The notes: generated by a model from the sequence alone, not told the origin. Counted from the stretch's first letter, positions 37,481 to 50,546 are shown. The stretch: 64,000 bases of DNA from Somniosus microcephalus (GCA_052327205.1 CM126210.1:9858001-9922000), one strand, 5' to 3'. Numbers and translations: made by a program.

Positions 37481-38812
37481 ATGTACCTCTAAAAGCCCAG
37501 CAGATGCAATGCAATGACAGCATGAGAAAAGACTGTCACTATATTACAATGTTGAGGTCATATTATGCCATTAGATGTTTCTTTGCACTACATTATGGAT
37601 TTATTCAGTCATGTATAGAAAACAGATTAAATAGAAAAAATACGCATGCGCGGGAATTTGAATGGGCCGTGCACTAAAAAAAAGGAACATTGCTCAGGAC
37701 TGTCTTCAAAACTGCAACACAGTTCAAATGATTTTATTAAACTAATTTTTCTAGACAGCCTAATGAGATTAAACATGTTCCAAGTTTTTTTTTAAAATCC
37801 TAAAACAAAATGTGCATTAAAACCTTTTGGAGATTTTTCATTGGAGTTCGTTTGTATATTATGGCCACTTACTATGGGTAGCGAGCTGTTCTGAACGTCT
37901 GCAACATGCAATAGAAAATGGCAGTGTTTTATAACATTCTGAAGTTAAATTAAGGGTTTGATAAAAAAAAGCAGCTTACTAGGAAGTACTGCACTTTTTA
38001 CAGAACATTGCAATAAATATGGTTGTTCTAAAGTTAGAAATAGTGCTCTATATATATCAAGTCAAATTATATTACTTGAGTTTTCATTGTTCAACACAAG
38101 TATATACCAGTAAATTTAGAACGTACATTTCAGATGTTAATAAATGACACACAAAACAACAAGAAAACACGGAAGAGCAACAGTGTTGCTCAGTATTATA
38201 GTACTAAGACTGAATGCAAAAACCTACTGCCTCCTAGCAACCAATTACAGAGGGTGGTCTAAGGCAGACTGTGAACCTGCCCTTTCAATAGAAAAGACTT
38301 GAAGACAGGATAACTTAGTGAAAAATGCACATAAATAAACAACAGCTATAGATAGGTATCCTCATAACTATTTTGATAACGCTGGCATTTCATTGCCATT
38401 TCATATTTTCAGCTGAACAAGTTCTCAACAACAGCTTTCTGCAGTTGAACATATAAGCTAAATAAATTGAACAGGCCATTTAACAGTCGATTCACTTTAA
38501 AGAAGAAAGTGCTTCAGAATGAGAAATCATAGTATGAGGACCCACATAAGCACCAGATAACTGGGTCTTCAACTTCTTCCAAACAAAATTCCAAATACAC
38601 ATATAAAGAACAGGGTGTGTTTAATAATAAGTGGCAGCAATGACAAAGCCAGCAACTGCAACAGCACTTCTCATTCTGACTCTAACTCTCTCTCCAGAAA
38701 ATTCTGAGTTTTATAGACTCAACAGTCTTCTCCTCTTCCCCAAAGGGTAGGAGGATCCACAGCTCCACCTACCCACAACTCAGTTCCACAGGATCATTAC
38801 ATTAGGGATATT

Positions 38813-39448
38813 GGCCCAGATTTTGCCGTCACTGGCAGGGCTGCATGAACAGGGTTAGCAACTATGTATCTCCTTAACTGAGGCATGCAGAGTCTGAACC
38901 AGGAAGTAAATTAGAATATTTAATTAAATGGCAAATCATGTTCAGAAAGCGAAATAGAGAAAGAAAGATGGGATTATGAGAGAGACAGAGAGAGAGAGAG
39001 ATAACAGACAAAGAATAAGTTTTTAAAAAGTTTTAGATTTTTTAAAATCTCCACCAATAATTAAAATCTGAAGGAATGAGATGCCACAGTTGTAAAAGTT
39101 AATTTTCAGTGCCAGAGAGGTTGTTTGGCAGTAATCAAGACTCATCACACATTAAAAATTCACTTGCACTTGAATGGACAAACCCCAACTTTTTCTGGTG
39201 TGTTTAGTGGGTATCTATCACATTAAGTACCCCAACTTCATGCCCTTCCACGTGATTCAATGTCAAGTCTCTTGGCAAGATACTGTTATGGCGCAACTTC
39301 TGGAGAAGCAGGACAAATTAGACAGCAACTTCCTGATTTCCACATTTAACTGCGTACGTGCGGTCACCGGAAATTGCTGTTCGATTTACTCCTTAATAAC
39401 GATGAGCGCTGTTAACCTCACCATTATTTTTACTGCAAAATCCACGCT
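38813..39448. mobile_element. Harbinger-type MITE (family C-related)
   Basis: Ends ggcccagattttgc / gcaaaatccacgc; shares 'aattttcagtgccagagag..gtttgg' with the reverse complement of 33960-33990. Confidence 0.6.
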
Positions 39449-39554
39449 ATTAGTTTGTGGTACTGTAGCATATTCCACAGGTACCTCAGTGACTCAATGG
39501 GGTATTTCAGTGTCATTAACCTTGGTATGGAATGGGAAAAGAATACTTAAATTA

Positions 39555-39962
39555 GACTGATTCCTGGGATATGGGGGGAGGGCAGGATTTATCCTATGAG
39601 GAGAGGTTGAGTAGATCGGGCCTATATTCCCTAGAGTTTAGAAGAATGAGAGGTGATCTCATTGAAATGTATAAAATTCTTAAGGGGCTTGACAGGGTAG
39701 ATGCTGGAAGGTTGTTTCCCCTGGCTGGGGAGTCTAGAACTAGTGGTCACAGTCTCAGAATATGGGGTCAACCATTTAGGACTGAGATGAGGAGAAATTT
39801 CTTCACTCAAAGGACTGTGAATCTTTGTAAATCTCTACCTCAGAGGGCTGTGGATGCTTAGTCGTTGAGTATATTCAAGACAGATAGATAGATTTTTGGA
39901 ACCAAGGGATATGGGGTGAATGGCTCGAAGAGCCAAATGGCCTACTCCTATTTCTTATGTTA
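39555..39962 (+). mobile_element. CR1 3' fragment
   Basis: LSYEERLSR.GLYSLEFRRMRGDLIE..NFFTQR, with a CR1 tail. Confidence 0.88.
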
Positions 39963-40046
39963 TTTCCAGGACATGCAGATCATAAAACACACAAGATTTT
40001 CTTCTCTTCGCTTACCATCAAATTAAGTATTAAAGCAGTTCCTTAC

Positions 40047-40119
40047 CTAGTCCAGATGTATAAATAGCTTTGACAGATTTCTTCATTTTTTGGAGCACAC
40101 CACGATCCACGTCCAATGC
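40047..40119 (-). CDS. ASAP2: ASAP2 coding exon (human exon 2 equivalent, 73 nt)
   Basis: Translates ALDVDRGVLQKMKKSVKAIYTSGL(G). tttatttttAG acceptor at 40120-40121 and GTAAGG donor at 40041-40046; phase 0/1. Confidence 0.94.
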
Positions 40120-41544
40120 CTAAAAATAAAAATGGAGCATAAATAAAAGAGAAAGCAAGCAGTTAACAGCAAAAGAAAACTGGAAAATTTATTAAAACAG
40201 TTTGATTTATTTTATGTACTATACTTCTTAATTTATGTCGGTAACTGGGACGGTTACCAGTTGGGGAAGTTGCGCTTCAGCATCAAATCCGACTCCACAA
40301 CACTAACCAACTTGTTTGTGGTTCATCAAAACTGATTTGAGTCCTCAGATGAATCAACGTGTTAGACACAAGGACACCCACCTCAATTAGTTTTTCTAAT
40401 AATTTTCAATCTTGATGGTTTGAAAGAAAAAATTGATTTAGAGCAATCCTATGTTCCAGACCCTGGCAGCACAATTGACCCCAATATACACAGTAATACA
40501 GATTGACCAAGATAGTAGTTACTTATAGAATCATAGAAATTTATGGCACAGAAGGTCATTTGGTTCATCGTATCTGTGCCAGCTGACAAAGAGCTATCCA
40601 ACCTAATCCCATTTTCCAGCTTGTGGTCCATAGCCCTGTAGGTTACAGCACTTCAAGTGCATATCCAAATACTTTTTAAATGCAATGAGGGTTTATGCCT
40701 CTACTACCCTTTCAGGTAATAAATTCCAGATTCCCACCACACTCTGGGTGAAAAAAGTTCTCAACTTCCCTCTAATCCTTCTACCAATTACTTTAAATCT
40801 ATGCCCCCTGGTTATTGACCTCTCTGCTAAGGGAAATAGGCCCTTCCAATCCATTCTATCTAGGCCCCTCATGATTTTATACACCTCAATTAAGTCTCCC
40901 TTCAGCCTCCTCTGTTCCAAAGAAAACAACCCCAGTCTATCCAATCATTCCTCATAACTAAAATTCTTCAGTCCTGACAACATCCTCATAAATCTCCTCT
41001 GTACCCTCTCTAGTGAAACCACATCTTTCCTGTAATGTGGTGACCAGAACTGTACGCAGTACTCTAGCTGTAGCCTAACTAGTGTTTTATACAGTTCAAG
41101 CATAACCTCCCTGTTCTTATAAGAACATAAGCAGTAAGAGCAGGAGGAGGCCATACAGCCCCTCGAGCCTGCTCCGCCTTCAATAAGATCATGGTTGATC
41201 ATCGGCCGCAACTTCACTTTCCCGCCCGATCTCCATATCCCTTGATTCCCCTAGAGTCTATACCTTGGCTAATAAAGGAAAGTATCCCGTATGCCTTCTT
41301 AACCACCTTATCTACCTGTCCTGCTATCTTTAAGGATCTGTGGACATGCACTCCAAGGTCGCTCTGTTCCTCTGCACGTCTCAGTATCCTAACATTGAAG
41401 TCAATGGGAATCAGGGGGAAAACTCCCCACTGGCTGGAGTCATACCTAGCACAAAGGAAGATGGTTGTGGTTGTTGGCGATCAATCACCTCAGCCCCAGG
41501 ACATCGCTGCAGGAGTTCCTCAGGGCAGTGTCCTCGGCCCAACC

Positions 41545-41948
41545 ATAAGAACATAAGAAATAGGAGCAGGAGTAGGCCAATCGGCCCCTCGAGCCTGCTC
41601 CGCCATTCAATAAGATCATGGCTGATCTGATCCTAACTGCCAATCCACTATCACAGAACCATCTCCTGCATCTAACAGAATTAGACACATGAAATAGGAG
41701 CAGGATCAGGCTACACGGCCCCTGGGCCCGCTCCGCTACCCACAGGGCCATGACCGATCCGAACCTAGACTCATGTCCAAATTCCTGCCCGCTCCCCGTA
41801 ACCCTTAATTCCCTTTACTTCTAGGAAACTGTCTATTTCTCTGTTTTAAATTTATGTAATGATGTAGCTTCTACAGTTTTTTGGGGCAGCATATTCCATG
41901 GACCTACCACCCTCTGAGTGAAGTAGTTCCTCCTCATCTCAGTTTTGA
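41545..41948 (-). mobile_element. Young CR1 3' end with a doubled terminal module
   Basis: Near-identical reverse complement of 43358-43760; it interrupts host 'ggcccaacc-at-cttcagctgc'. Confidence 0.88.
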
Positions 41949-42114
41949 TCTTCAGCTGCTCCATCAATGGCCTTCACTATCAGGTGGTCAGAACTGGGGA
42001 TGTCTGCCGAGTGTTCAGTTCCATTCGTAACTCCTCAGATAATGAAGCAGTCCCTGCCCGACTGCAGCAAGACCTGGATGACATTCATGCTTGGGCTGAT
42101 AAGTGGCGAAGAAT

Positions 42115-44300
42115 GGGCTGGATATTCCGACCCTCAAGCACCCGTAGGGGTCTCGCAAGTGCCGGTTTCAGGCATGCGAAGCACATGCGCTAAAACCCGG
42201 CACTTCCGATCTGTCAAGAATTCTCTTGACAGATCATCCACCTGCCCGGGAGAAGGGCATCCGCAGGCAAAGAGTTCCGCATTTGGATAATCATAATTTA
42301 ATAGGACAAAGACAGCATGGTTTTATGAAGGGGAAGTCATGTTTGACAAATTTGCTGGAGTTCTTTGAGGAAGTAACGTATAGGGTGGATAAAGGGGAAC
42401 CAGTGGACGTAGTGTATTTAGACTTCCAAAAGGCATTTGACAAGGTGCCACACAAAAGATTATTGCTCAAGATAAAAAATCACGGGATTGGGGGTAATAT
42501 TCTGGCATGGATAGAGGATTGGCTATCTAACAGAAGGCAGAGAGTTGGGATAAATGGTTCATTCTCAGACTGGCAATCAGTAACTAGTGGTGTTCCGCAG
42601 GGGTCAGTGCTGGGTCCCCAACTCTTTACAATCTATATTAACGATTTGGAGGAGGGGACCGAGTGTAAAATATCAAAGTTTGCAGATGATACTAAGATTG
42701 GGGGGGGGGGGGGGGGGGGGAAGTAGTGAGTGAGGAGGACATAAAAAACCTTCAAGGGGACATAGACAGGCTAAGTAAGTGGGCAGAGATTTGGCAGATG
42801 GAATACAATACTGGAAAGTGTGAGGTTATGCACTTTGGCAGGAAAAATCGTAGAGCAAGTTATTATCTTAATGGCAAGAAACTGGAAAGTACTGAAGTAC
42901 AAAGGGATCTGGGGGTCCTGGTGCACGAAACTCAAACGGTTAGTATGCAGGTGCAGCAAGTGATTAAGAAGGCCAATGGAATGTTGGCTTTCATTGCTAG
43001 GGGGATAGAATATAAAAATAGGGAGGTATTGCTTCAGTTGTACAAGGTATTGGTGAGACCGCACCTGGAATACTGCGTACAGTTTTGGTGTCCATACTTA
43101 AGAAAGGACATACTTGCTCTCGAGTCAGTACAAAGAAGGTTCACTCGGTTAATCCCGGGGATGAGGGGATGGACATATGAGGAGAGGTTGAGTAGATTGG
43201 GACTCTACTCATTGGAGTTCAGAAGAATGAGAGGCGATCTTATTGAAACATATAAGATTGTGAAGGGGTTGGATCGGGTGGATGCAGGGGAAGATGTTCC
43301 CGATGATGGGTGAAACTAGAACTAGGGGGCATAGTCTTAGAATAAGGGGCTGCTCTTTCAAAACTGAGATGAGGAGGAACTACTTCACTCGGAGGGTGGT
43401 AGGTCCATGGAATATGCTGCCCCAAAAAGCTGTAGAAGCTACATCATTACATAAATTTAAAACAGAAATAGACAGTTTCCTAGAAGTAAAGGGAATTAAG
43501 GGTTACGGGGAGCGGGCAGGAATTTGGACATGAGTCTAGGTTCGGATCGGTCATGGCCCTGTGGGTAGCGGAGCGGGCCCAGGGGCCGTGTAGCCTGATC
43601 CTGCTCCTATTTCGTGTGTCTAATTCTGTTAGATTCAGGAGATGGTTCTGTGATAGTGGATTGGCGGTTAGGATCAGATCAGCCATGATCTTATTGAATG
43701 GCGGAGCAGGCTCGAGGGGCCGATTGGCCTACTCCTGCTCCTATTTCTTATGTTCTTATGTTCTGCACAACCTCCGCTAGCTGAAAACCTTTAAAAATCT
43801 TACGCCTGATAAAACCAGGCATATGGCCTGCTTTTACCAGCATAAGAGTAAAAAAAACAATTTTTTCTCCCACTCATTTATAATTTTAAAAAACTTTAAA
43901 AAAAAGTTTATTTTTAGCCTCGTAAAAAACTTCAATTATTTTTCAAAAAATTAAATTTGCTTAAAATATTTAATTTAATATAATTTTAAATGTGATTTTA
44001 TTTTTAATTTATTTAATGTTTAATTGTGTTTTTAAATGTGATCTCCATTCATACTTTTGACAGATCTATGCGTAGAGACCTGTCAAAAGTGTGAAGGGGA
44101 TTCCCTTCTTTGATTGGTTCTCCATGGCCCACGTGATCCCAGGGACGCTTGCGAACCGCCTGCACCCCCGGGATACCTGGGCCTCTGCGCGCATGGACCA
44201 AGAGAGGCCCAGGATCAGAAGAGTCCAGACCTACGGAGCCAGCAGGTAAGTGCGTAGATTTTTCCAGATTGGAGGCATCCGCAATCGGAAAATCCGGCCC
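42115..44300. mobile_element. Harbinger-type MITE (family B) interrupted by a CR1
   Basis: TIRs gggctggatattccga / tcggaaaatccggccc. Confidence 0.75.
42281..43764 (+). mobile_element. Young 5'-truncated CR1 (RT) with a doubled 3' module
   Basis: [34 protein letters not shown] and RPHLEYC, with a (ttcttatg)n tail. Confidence 0.93.
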
Positions 44301-46475
44301 ATTATTATGGCCACACAAGTGCCAGGCAATGACTATCTCCAACAAGCGAGGATTGGAAAATGAAGGTCAGAGCCTCCGCTATTTCCTCCCTTGTTTTTCT
44401 TAACAGCTGGGATCCATTTCATCCGGGCCTGGCAATTAATCTACTTTCAAAGATGCTAAACCCTTTAAACACTTCCTCTCTCACTAGGTTTATCTCATCT
44501 AATATTTCACACTCCTCCTCCTTAACTACAATGTCTGCATTGCCCCTCTTTTTTCTAAAGACATACACAAAGTATTCATTAAGAACCACACCCACGTCTC
44601 CTGCCTCAACACACAGGTTACCTTTTTAGTCTCTTAATAGGCCCTGCTCTTTCTTTAGTTATCCTCTGGCTCTTTATGTATTTATAAAACATCTTTGGGT
44701 TTTCCTTGATTTTACTTGCCAATATTTTTTCATTCCCCCTCTTTGCTTTCCTAATTTCCATTTTAATTTTAACCCTGCACTTTCTATACTCCTCTAGGTC
44801 TTCTGTACTATTTAGCTCTCGGTATCTGACATAAGCTTCCCTTTCTTGCCTTATCCTATCCTGTATGCCCCTTGACATCCAAGGGGCTCTAGATTTGGAA
44901 GTCCCACCCTTTTTCTTTGTATTGTATAAGTTTCAAATTTTCAGGAGCAGTAGCTGGGAATCCAAAAATAGTTCCGCTGGCATATTCATAACTCTACTGT
45001 AGTCTTTAATAAAAAAGTGGAATTTTTGTATTCTGCGATTTTATGAACCTTTCCAACAATCACTTTATCTAGACCCTGAAGAGGAAAGATTCTGCTCACT
45101 GCTCACACTTGCTTACCAAAAACAAGTTGCTTATATTCCATGAAATGAGAGTTGCGAAACTGAATTTTAAAAATTATTTTCTATTACCAAAGCACAACTA
45201 TGAATTAAATGGATAAGAAGCAACTTGGAGCCGAAGTGTGTATGTGTTTTTTTTAAAAATCTTTTAAATTAAGATACAAAAGTTACTTATCTATTTAATA
45301 AAAATATTATATACTGCTCATGTAAATACTCTATCTGGTGGCTGTCAGCCTACCAATATAACTACAACAAATTCCACAGGCTGGCAATACATAGTTATTG
45401 GGTTGTCTAATCAACAAAATCATCACCAATTAAATGGATATTTCTATTTAGGTAAATCTTGGAATCTACTATAGGATGACAGCACTCCTAGAAACATCAA
45501 TGCCAGTGAATTCACAATCATTCTCAGGGGAATTAATTGGACTATTTAAGCAAATAACACAATTCAAAAACAATTGCAACAAACAAAATTGCAACAAATT
45601 CTCAAAGTCATAGCATTTGTATGTTTCTTTCCATTGTATGTGAAGTTAGCATCTAATATTACCTGTAGCATTATTACTGCTCTTAAATTAAATGCACCAT
45701 CAAAATACGTTGCTTCACCTAAATAAAAGGAAACAAGTCTAAACAGTAAGTGAGACTCAGCAAGTGTGCAAGATTTGTTGAGCACTGTGCAACAAAGAAT
45801 TCTAGCCCTTCCCTAAAATATGTTCTTAGAATGACGTACAGTATTAAGCTTATGTCCCATTTTCCAGTCCCTTTTGGTGCTTCAAGTAGCGATTAAAGAC
45901 CCTGGTACCATTCGAAGAGCACAATATTCTCTCAGTGCTTTGGGAAATATTCCTTCCTCAACCATAATTGTTAAAAAATCAATTACCTGGTCATTTATCT
46001 TATTGCTTATTTTTTTGTCTTATAATACTCCTGTGAAGCGCCTTGTGACATTTTACTACGTTAAAGGCGCTATATAAATACATACAAGTTGTTGTATTGC
46101 TGTTTGTGGCATTTTGCAGGATGCTGGCTGGCTGCCATACTTGCCTAAATTACAATCACTATACTTCAACAATTATTCATTGCGAAGCACTTTGAGATGA
46201 TTTAGTACAAGTGCTATATCAATGCAAGGAATAGCAGTAGCAGTCATCAATTTTCTAACAATGCGTGCCAAAAATAGAAACATATCCATTTCCCAACAGC
46301 CTCACTTACTTTAATTATAGAATCACACAGCACAAAAGGAGGCCATTTGGCCTATCATGCCTGTGCCGGCTCTTTGAAAGAGCGATCCAATTAGTCCTAC
46401 TCCACTGCTCTTTTCCCCATAGCCCTGCAAAATTTTCCCCTTCAGGTATTTATCTAATTCCCATTTGGAAGTTAA

Positions 46476-47987
46476 TGGCCCAGAATTTGCGGTGGGTAAT
46501 AACGACGAACGAACAGCGTTCGCTATTATTACCACTTTGAAACTGACCGCAACTTCAGGAATTAGCGGATGCACACCCCAACGTGGAAACCCTGAAGTTG
46601 CGGTCAGTCATTCACTGCTTCAACACCGCCTGCGCTGTGCACCCACGCCCACCCCCATAGCTGGCAATCAGTGTAATCAGGAAATCAGTGAAACTGACGA
46701 AAACTTTGGCTTTTCCGTGGCAATATTGCTGTTAAATACCCCATTAAAAGTTGGACCTTGCTAGATTAGGTGTAACTGGGGATTTAACAGCGTATTGACT
46801 GCTAAACAAACGTTATGGCCCTGAAAAATTTTGTGGAGTGCCAAATTTCTCTACTTTAATAAAAATTACAATTTTTAAAAAACTTAGGGGGAGAAATTGA
46901 CTATAGCCCCGTTTGGGGCGCCAGCCTCGCCAGGACGCTAAAAGTAGCGCCCCGGAAGCATTCGCGGCCGCCTGCCGGAAATTCAGTGGTAGCGCCCCAA
47001 AGGGAAGCGCGGCGCTACGGGAAGCGCCCCGCATCCCTCTTGGGGCGCTGTGACTGAATATCGCGGTGCAACGTGCCGCAGCGCCACACGCTGCGGCACG
47101 TCATGCTGCGGTATTGCAGGCCTTCCTCCCCTTCTTAAAGGGGAGGGGCCTTGTGCAGCGCAATCTGGGGCCCAGCTGGGCCCCCAAGGATCGCGAGTGC
47201 CGGCAAAAGAGCCTGGCACCGAGAAGTGCCGGGCTCCTGGAACACAGCCAGCACTCTGCGAGTTCGGGGGGGGGGGGGGGGGGGGGGTGTTCAGGAGGCC
47301 GGGGACGGGAGCACAGGCAGGTGCTGGCAGGCGGCCAACAACAAAAATGGCCGTCCCGCACCTCTCCTTTAATTTGCGCCTCCCCCGCCGCAGGTAGGCC
47401 CCTCTGAATCGGTCGCACATAGCGTCCGGCGGTAAATCAGGGGGCGCTTCCAAATATCGCGGCCGGGGCGTGAGCGGGGCGCTGTGCACACCGATGCCGT
47501 CATCGGTAGCGGCCTAGTGCTAGCGGCTAGTGCCACCACTAGCGTCCCGCAGAATTTAGCGGGAGGCGTGGGCAGTGGCTTGCGACCCACTTAACGCCCT
47601 CTTAAGGCGCTAACGGGTGGCGCAGCCAACTGAATTTCTCCCCCTTAAACTTAAAAAAAAAAAAATTTAAGTTCGTTCATATTTATTTCCGGTTTACCTT
47701 TCCCCCATGTGATAGTCCCAATCTTTATTTGGCTCTCTAACATTTTTTTTAAAGTCAGAATAAAAGAAGCTTCTTCACATCCTGTTTCCAAGGCTGACAG
47801 AATTCTGCATTGCAATTGGTTGACATCACAGCAGCTTACCCTAGGAATTCCCCATTAATTTACAATGATCACTGAACGTCGATAAAGCTGAATTTCTCAC
47901 CAGAGAGCGCAAGATCTTTGTGAGAAGCTTTCTTCGGGACCAGCGGCAAATGCCTTTGCTTCGCCGCTGACCGCAAATTACAGGCCA
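46476..47987. mobile_element. Harbinger-type MITE (family D)
   Basis: Ends tggcccagaatttgcggt / accgcaaattacaggcca with TAA/TTA flanks. Confidence 0.75.
46887..47644. mobile_element. Young GC/CpG-rich Harbinger-type MITE
   Basis: Perfect TIR GGGGGAGAAATT / AATTTCTCCCCC with a TTA target duplication on both sides. Confidence 0.88.
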
Positions 47988-49075
47988 TTATTGAATCTGC
48001 TTCCACTAGCCTTTCAGGCAGTGCATTCCAGACCATAACTCTGTGTAAATTTTTTTCCCTCATGTCACCTCTGGTTCTTTTGCCAATGACCTTAAATCTG
48101 TGCCCTCTGTGACCAAACCTCTGCCACTGAAAATAGTTTCTCCTTATTCACTATTCATGATTTTGGATACCTCTATCAAATCTCCCCTTAACTTTCTCTG
48201 TTCTAAAGGAGAATAACCCCAGTTTTTCTATTCTCTTCATGTAATTGAAGTCCTGCATCCCAGTACCATTCTAGTAAATCTCCTCTGTACCCTCTCCAAG
48301 ACAGTGACATCCATCCTAAAGTATGGCGCTAAAGAATTGGCAACAATACTCCATCTAGGGCCTAACCACTGTTTTATAAAGGTTTTGCATAGCTTCCTTG
48401 CTTTTGTATTCTATGCCTCTATTTTATAAAGTCCAAGGATCCCGAATGCCTTTTTAACAATCTTCTCAACTTGTCCGACCACTTTCAAAGACTTGAGTAC
48501 ATACACCCCCAAGTTTCTGTTCCTGCAACCCCTTTAAATAGTACCACTTTGTTTATATTGCCTTTCCACATTCTTCCTACCAAAACGTCATACTTCTCTG
48601 CATTAAATTTCATCTGATATGTGTTTGCCCATTTCACCAGTCTGGCCATAGAAACATAGAAGATAGGAGCAGGAGTCGGCCATTCGGCCCTTCGAGCCTG
48701 CTCCGCCATTCAATGCGATCATGGCTCATCATCCAAATTCAGTACCCGGTCCCTGCTTTCTCCCCATACCCCTTGATCCCTTTAGCCTTAAGAAATATAT
48801 TCAACTCCTTCTTGAATATATTTAATGTATTGGCCTCTACTGCCTTCTGTGGTAGAGAATTCCACAGGTTCACCACTCTCTGGGTGAAGAAATTCCTCCT
48901 CATCTCCGTCCTAAATGGCCTACCCCCTATCCTTAGACTGTGACCCCTGGTTCTGGACTCCCCGACCATTGGGAACATCCTTCCAGCATCTAGTCTGTCC
49001 AGTCCTGTCAGAATTTTGTAAGTTTCAATGAGTCCATGTCATCCTGAAGGCTGTTACTATCCTCCTCACTGTTTA

Positions 49076-49399
49076 CAGGAAACTTTGGTTTATCCGGAGG
49101 TTAACTGTCCGGAATGCTCGAGCCACCAGCAAAAATCAGGAGCCGTTTCGTTAGGTTTTCGTTGCTTTTTTTTCACCAGTCAGGCTCTGCAAGGTCTCGC
49201 TGAAGCTGTTGCTAAGCTACAGAGACGCTTGCGAGGTACGGCCGACTGTTTAGAAGCTGTTGCTAAGCAACAGGGTTTGTTGCCAGATACGGAGCTCAAA
49301 ATCTCCGTATGTTTCAACATTAACGCTGGTTTGTCCGGCAGTTTTGATGGGACGGCAACAGCTCGGTCCCGTCGGTGCCAGATAGCACAAAGTTTCCTG
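49076..49399. mobile_element. Tigger-like MITE, copy 3
   Basis: TA|CAGGAAACTTTGG..CAAAGTTTCCTG|TA inside CR1 RT; nearly identical to 30958-31273. Confidence 0.88.
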
Positions 49400-50546
49400 T
49401 ACTACATTTCCGAGTTTCGTGTCATCTGCAAACTTTGAAATTATGCCCTGTATACCCAAGTCCAGGTCATTAATATATATCAAAAAGAGCAGTAGTCGCA
49501 AAACCGACCCCTGGGGGACACCACTGCACACTTCCTCTAGTTTAAAAAACAACCGCTCGCCATTATTCTCTGCTTTCTGTCCCTTAGTCAATTTTGTATC
49601 CACGCAGCCACTGCCCCTTTAATTCCATGGGCTTCAATGTTGCTAACAAGTCTATTATATGGTACTTTTGAAAGCCCATTTACACAACATCAACCGCACT
49701 ACCCTCATCAACCCTCTGTTACTTCATCAAAAATCTCGATCAACTTAGTCAAAATCGATTTCCCTTTAACAAATTCGTGCTGGCTTTCATTTATTAAACA
49801 ATATTTTTCCAAGTGTCAATTAAATTTTTCCAGGATTATTGTCTCAAAGTTTCCCCACCACCGACATTAGGCTGACTGGCCTGTAGTTGCAGCTTTATCC
49901 CTCTCCTCTTTTATGAACAGGGTTATAATATTTGCAATCCTCCAGTCCTCTGGCACTCCATATCTAGGGAGGATTGGAAAGATTGTGGTCAGAGCCTCTG
50001 CAATTTCCACCCTTAAATCCCTCAGCAAACTAGGATGTATCCCATTGGACTGGGTGGCTTTTCTACTTCGAGCGCCGCCAACCTTTAAGTATCTCCACTT
50101 TATCTATTGTTATCCTATTCAATTTCTCTACTACCTCCTCCTTTACTGACACATTGGGAGTATCCTTTTCTTTAGTTAAGACAGATTTAAAGTATTCATT
50201 TAGTACCTCAGCCAAGCCCTCTGCCCCACAAGGAGATCTCCTTTTTAAACACAACAAAAATCAATAGATCAGTTTCCCTACTCTAAGGAATCCATCATAT
50301 TTTAGAAAACATTCAGATGATCACTATTTCCCACTTTGTCCCACCCACAGTCACAGATCTAAAAGTGTCATCTATACTCAAACATAAATACAATGCATGT
50401 TGATGCCAATTCCAAAGATGCAGAGGAGTATATGTAGTACTAATGATAATAAATTTTCACCTCAAAAAATCCCTGGCAAAAGAGACACTACAAACAAAAA
50501 CTCTGGATGCCTGGTATGATTAATTGGAAGCAGGAGCCAATCTTTT

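Larger units (their letters stand above)
40526..44920 (-). mobile_element. CR1 (same subfamily as 1354-4057), fragmented by nested insertions
   Basis: 40526-41390 is reverse-complement similar to about 3330-4055, and 44355-44920 to about 2057-2600. Inserts include a CR1 tail at 41120-41258, a second-lineage CR1 at 41395-44350, a MITE and young CR1s. Confidence 0.85.
46318..50250 (-). mobile_element. Older CR1 (RT to 3' UTR) carrying nested MITEs and a younger CR1 tail (48648-49031)
   Basis: GVPQGSVL and FADDTKLG on the minus strand, a 3' tail at about 46318-46400, and host sequence that resumes across each insert. Confidence 0.82.

Noticed and set aside
46887-47644. GC/CpG-rich block with many overlapping ORFs, considered as a CpG-island promoter or ASAP2 exon 1
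   Set aside because: It is bounded by perfect TIRs and a TTA duplication and is nested in other TEs. No MPDQISVSEF-like peptide is encoded.
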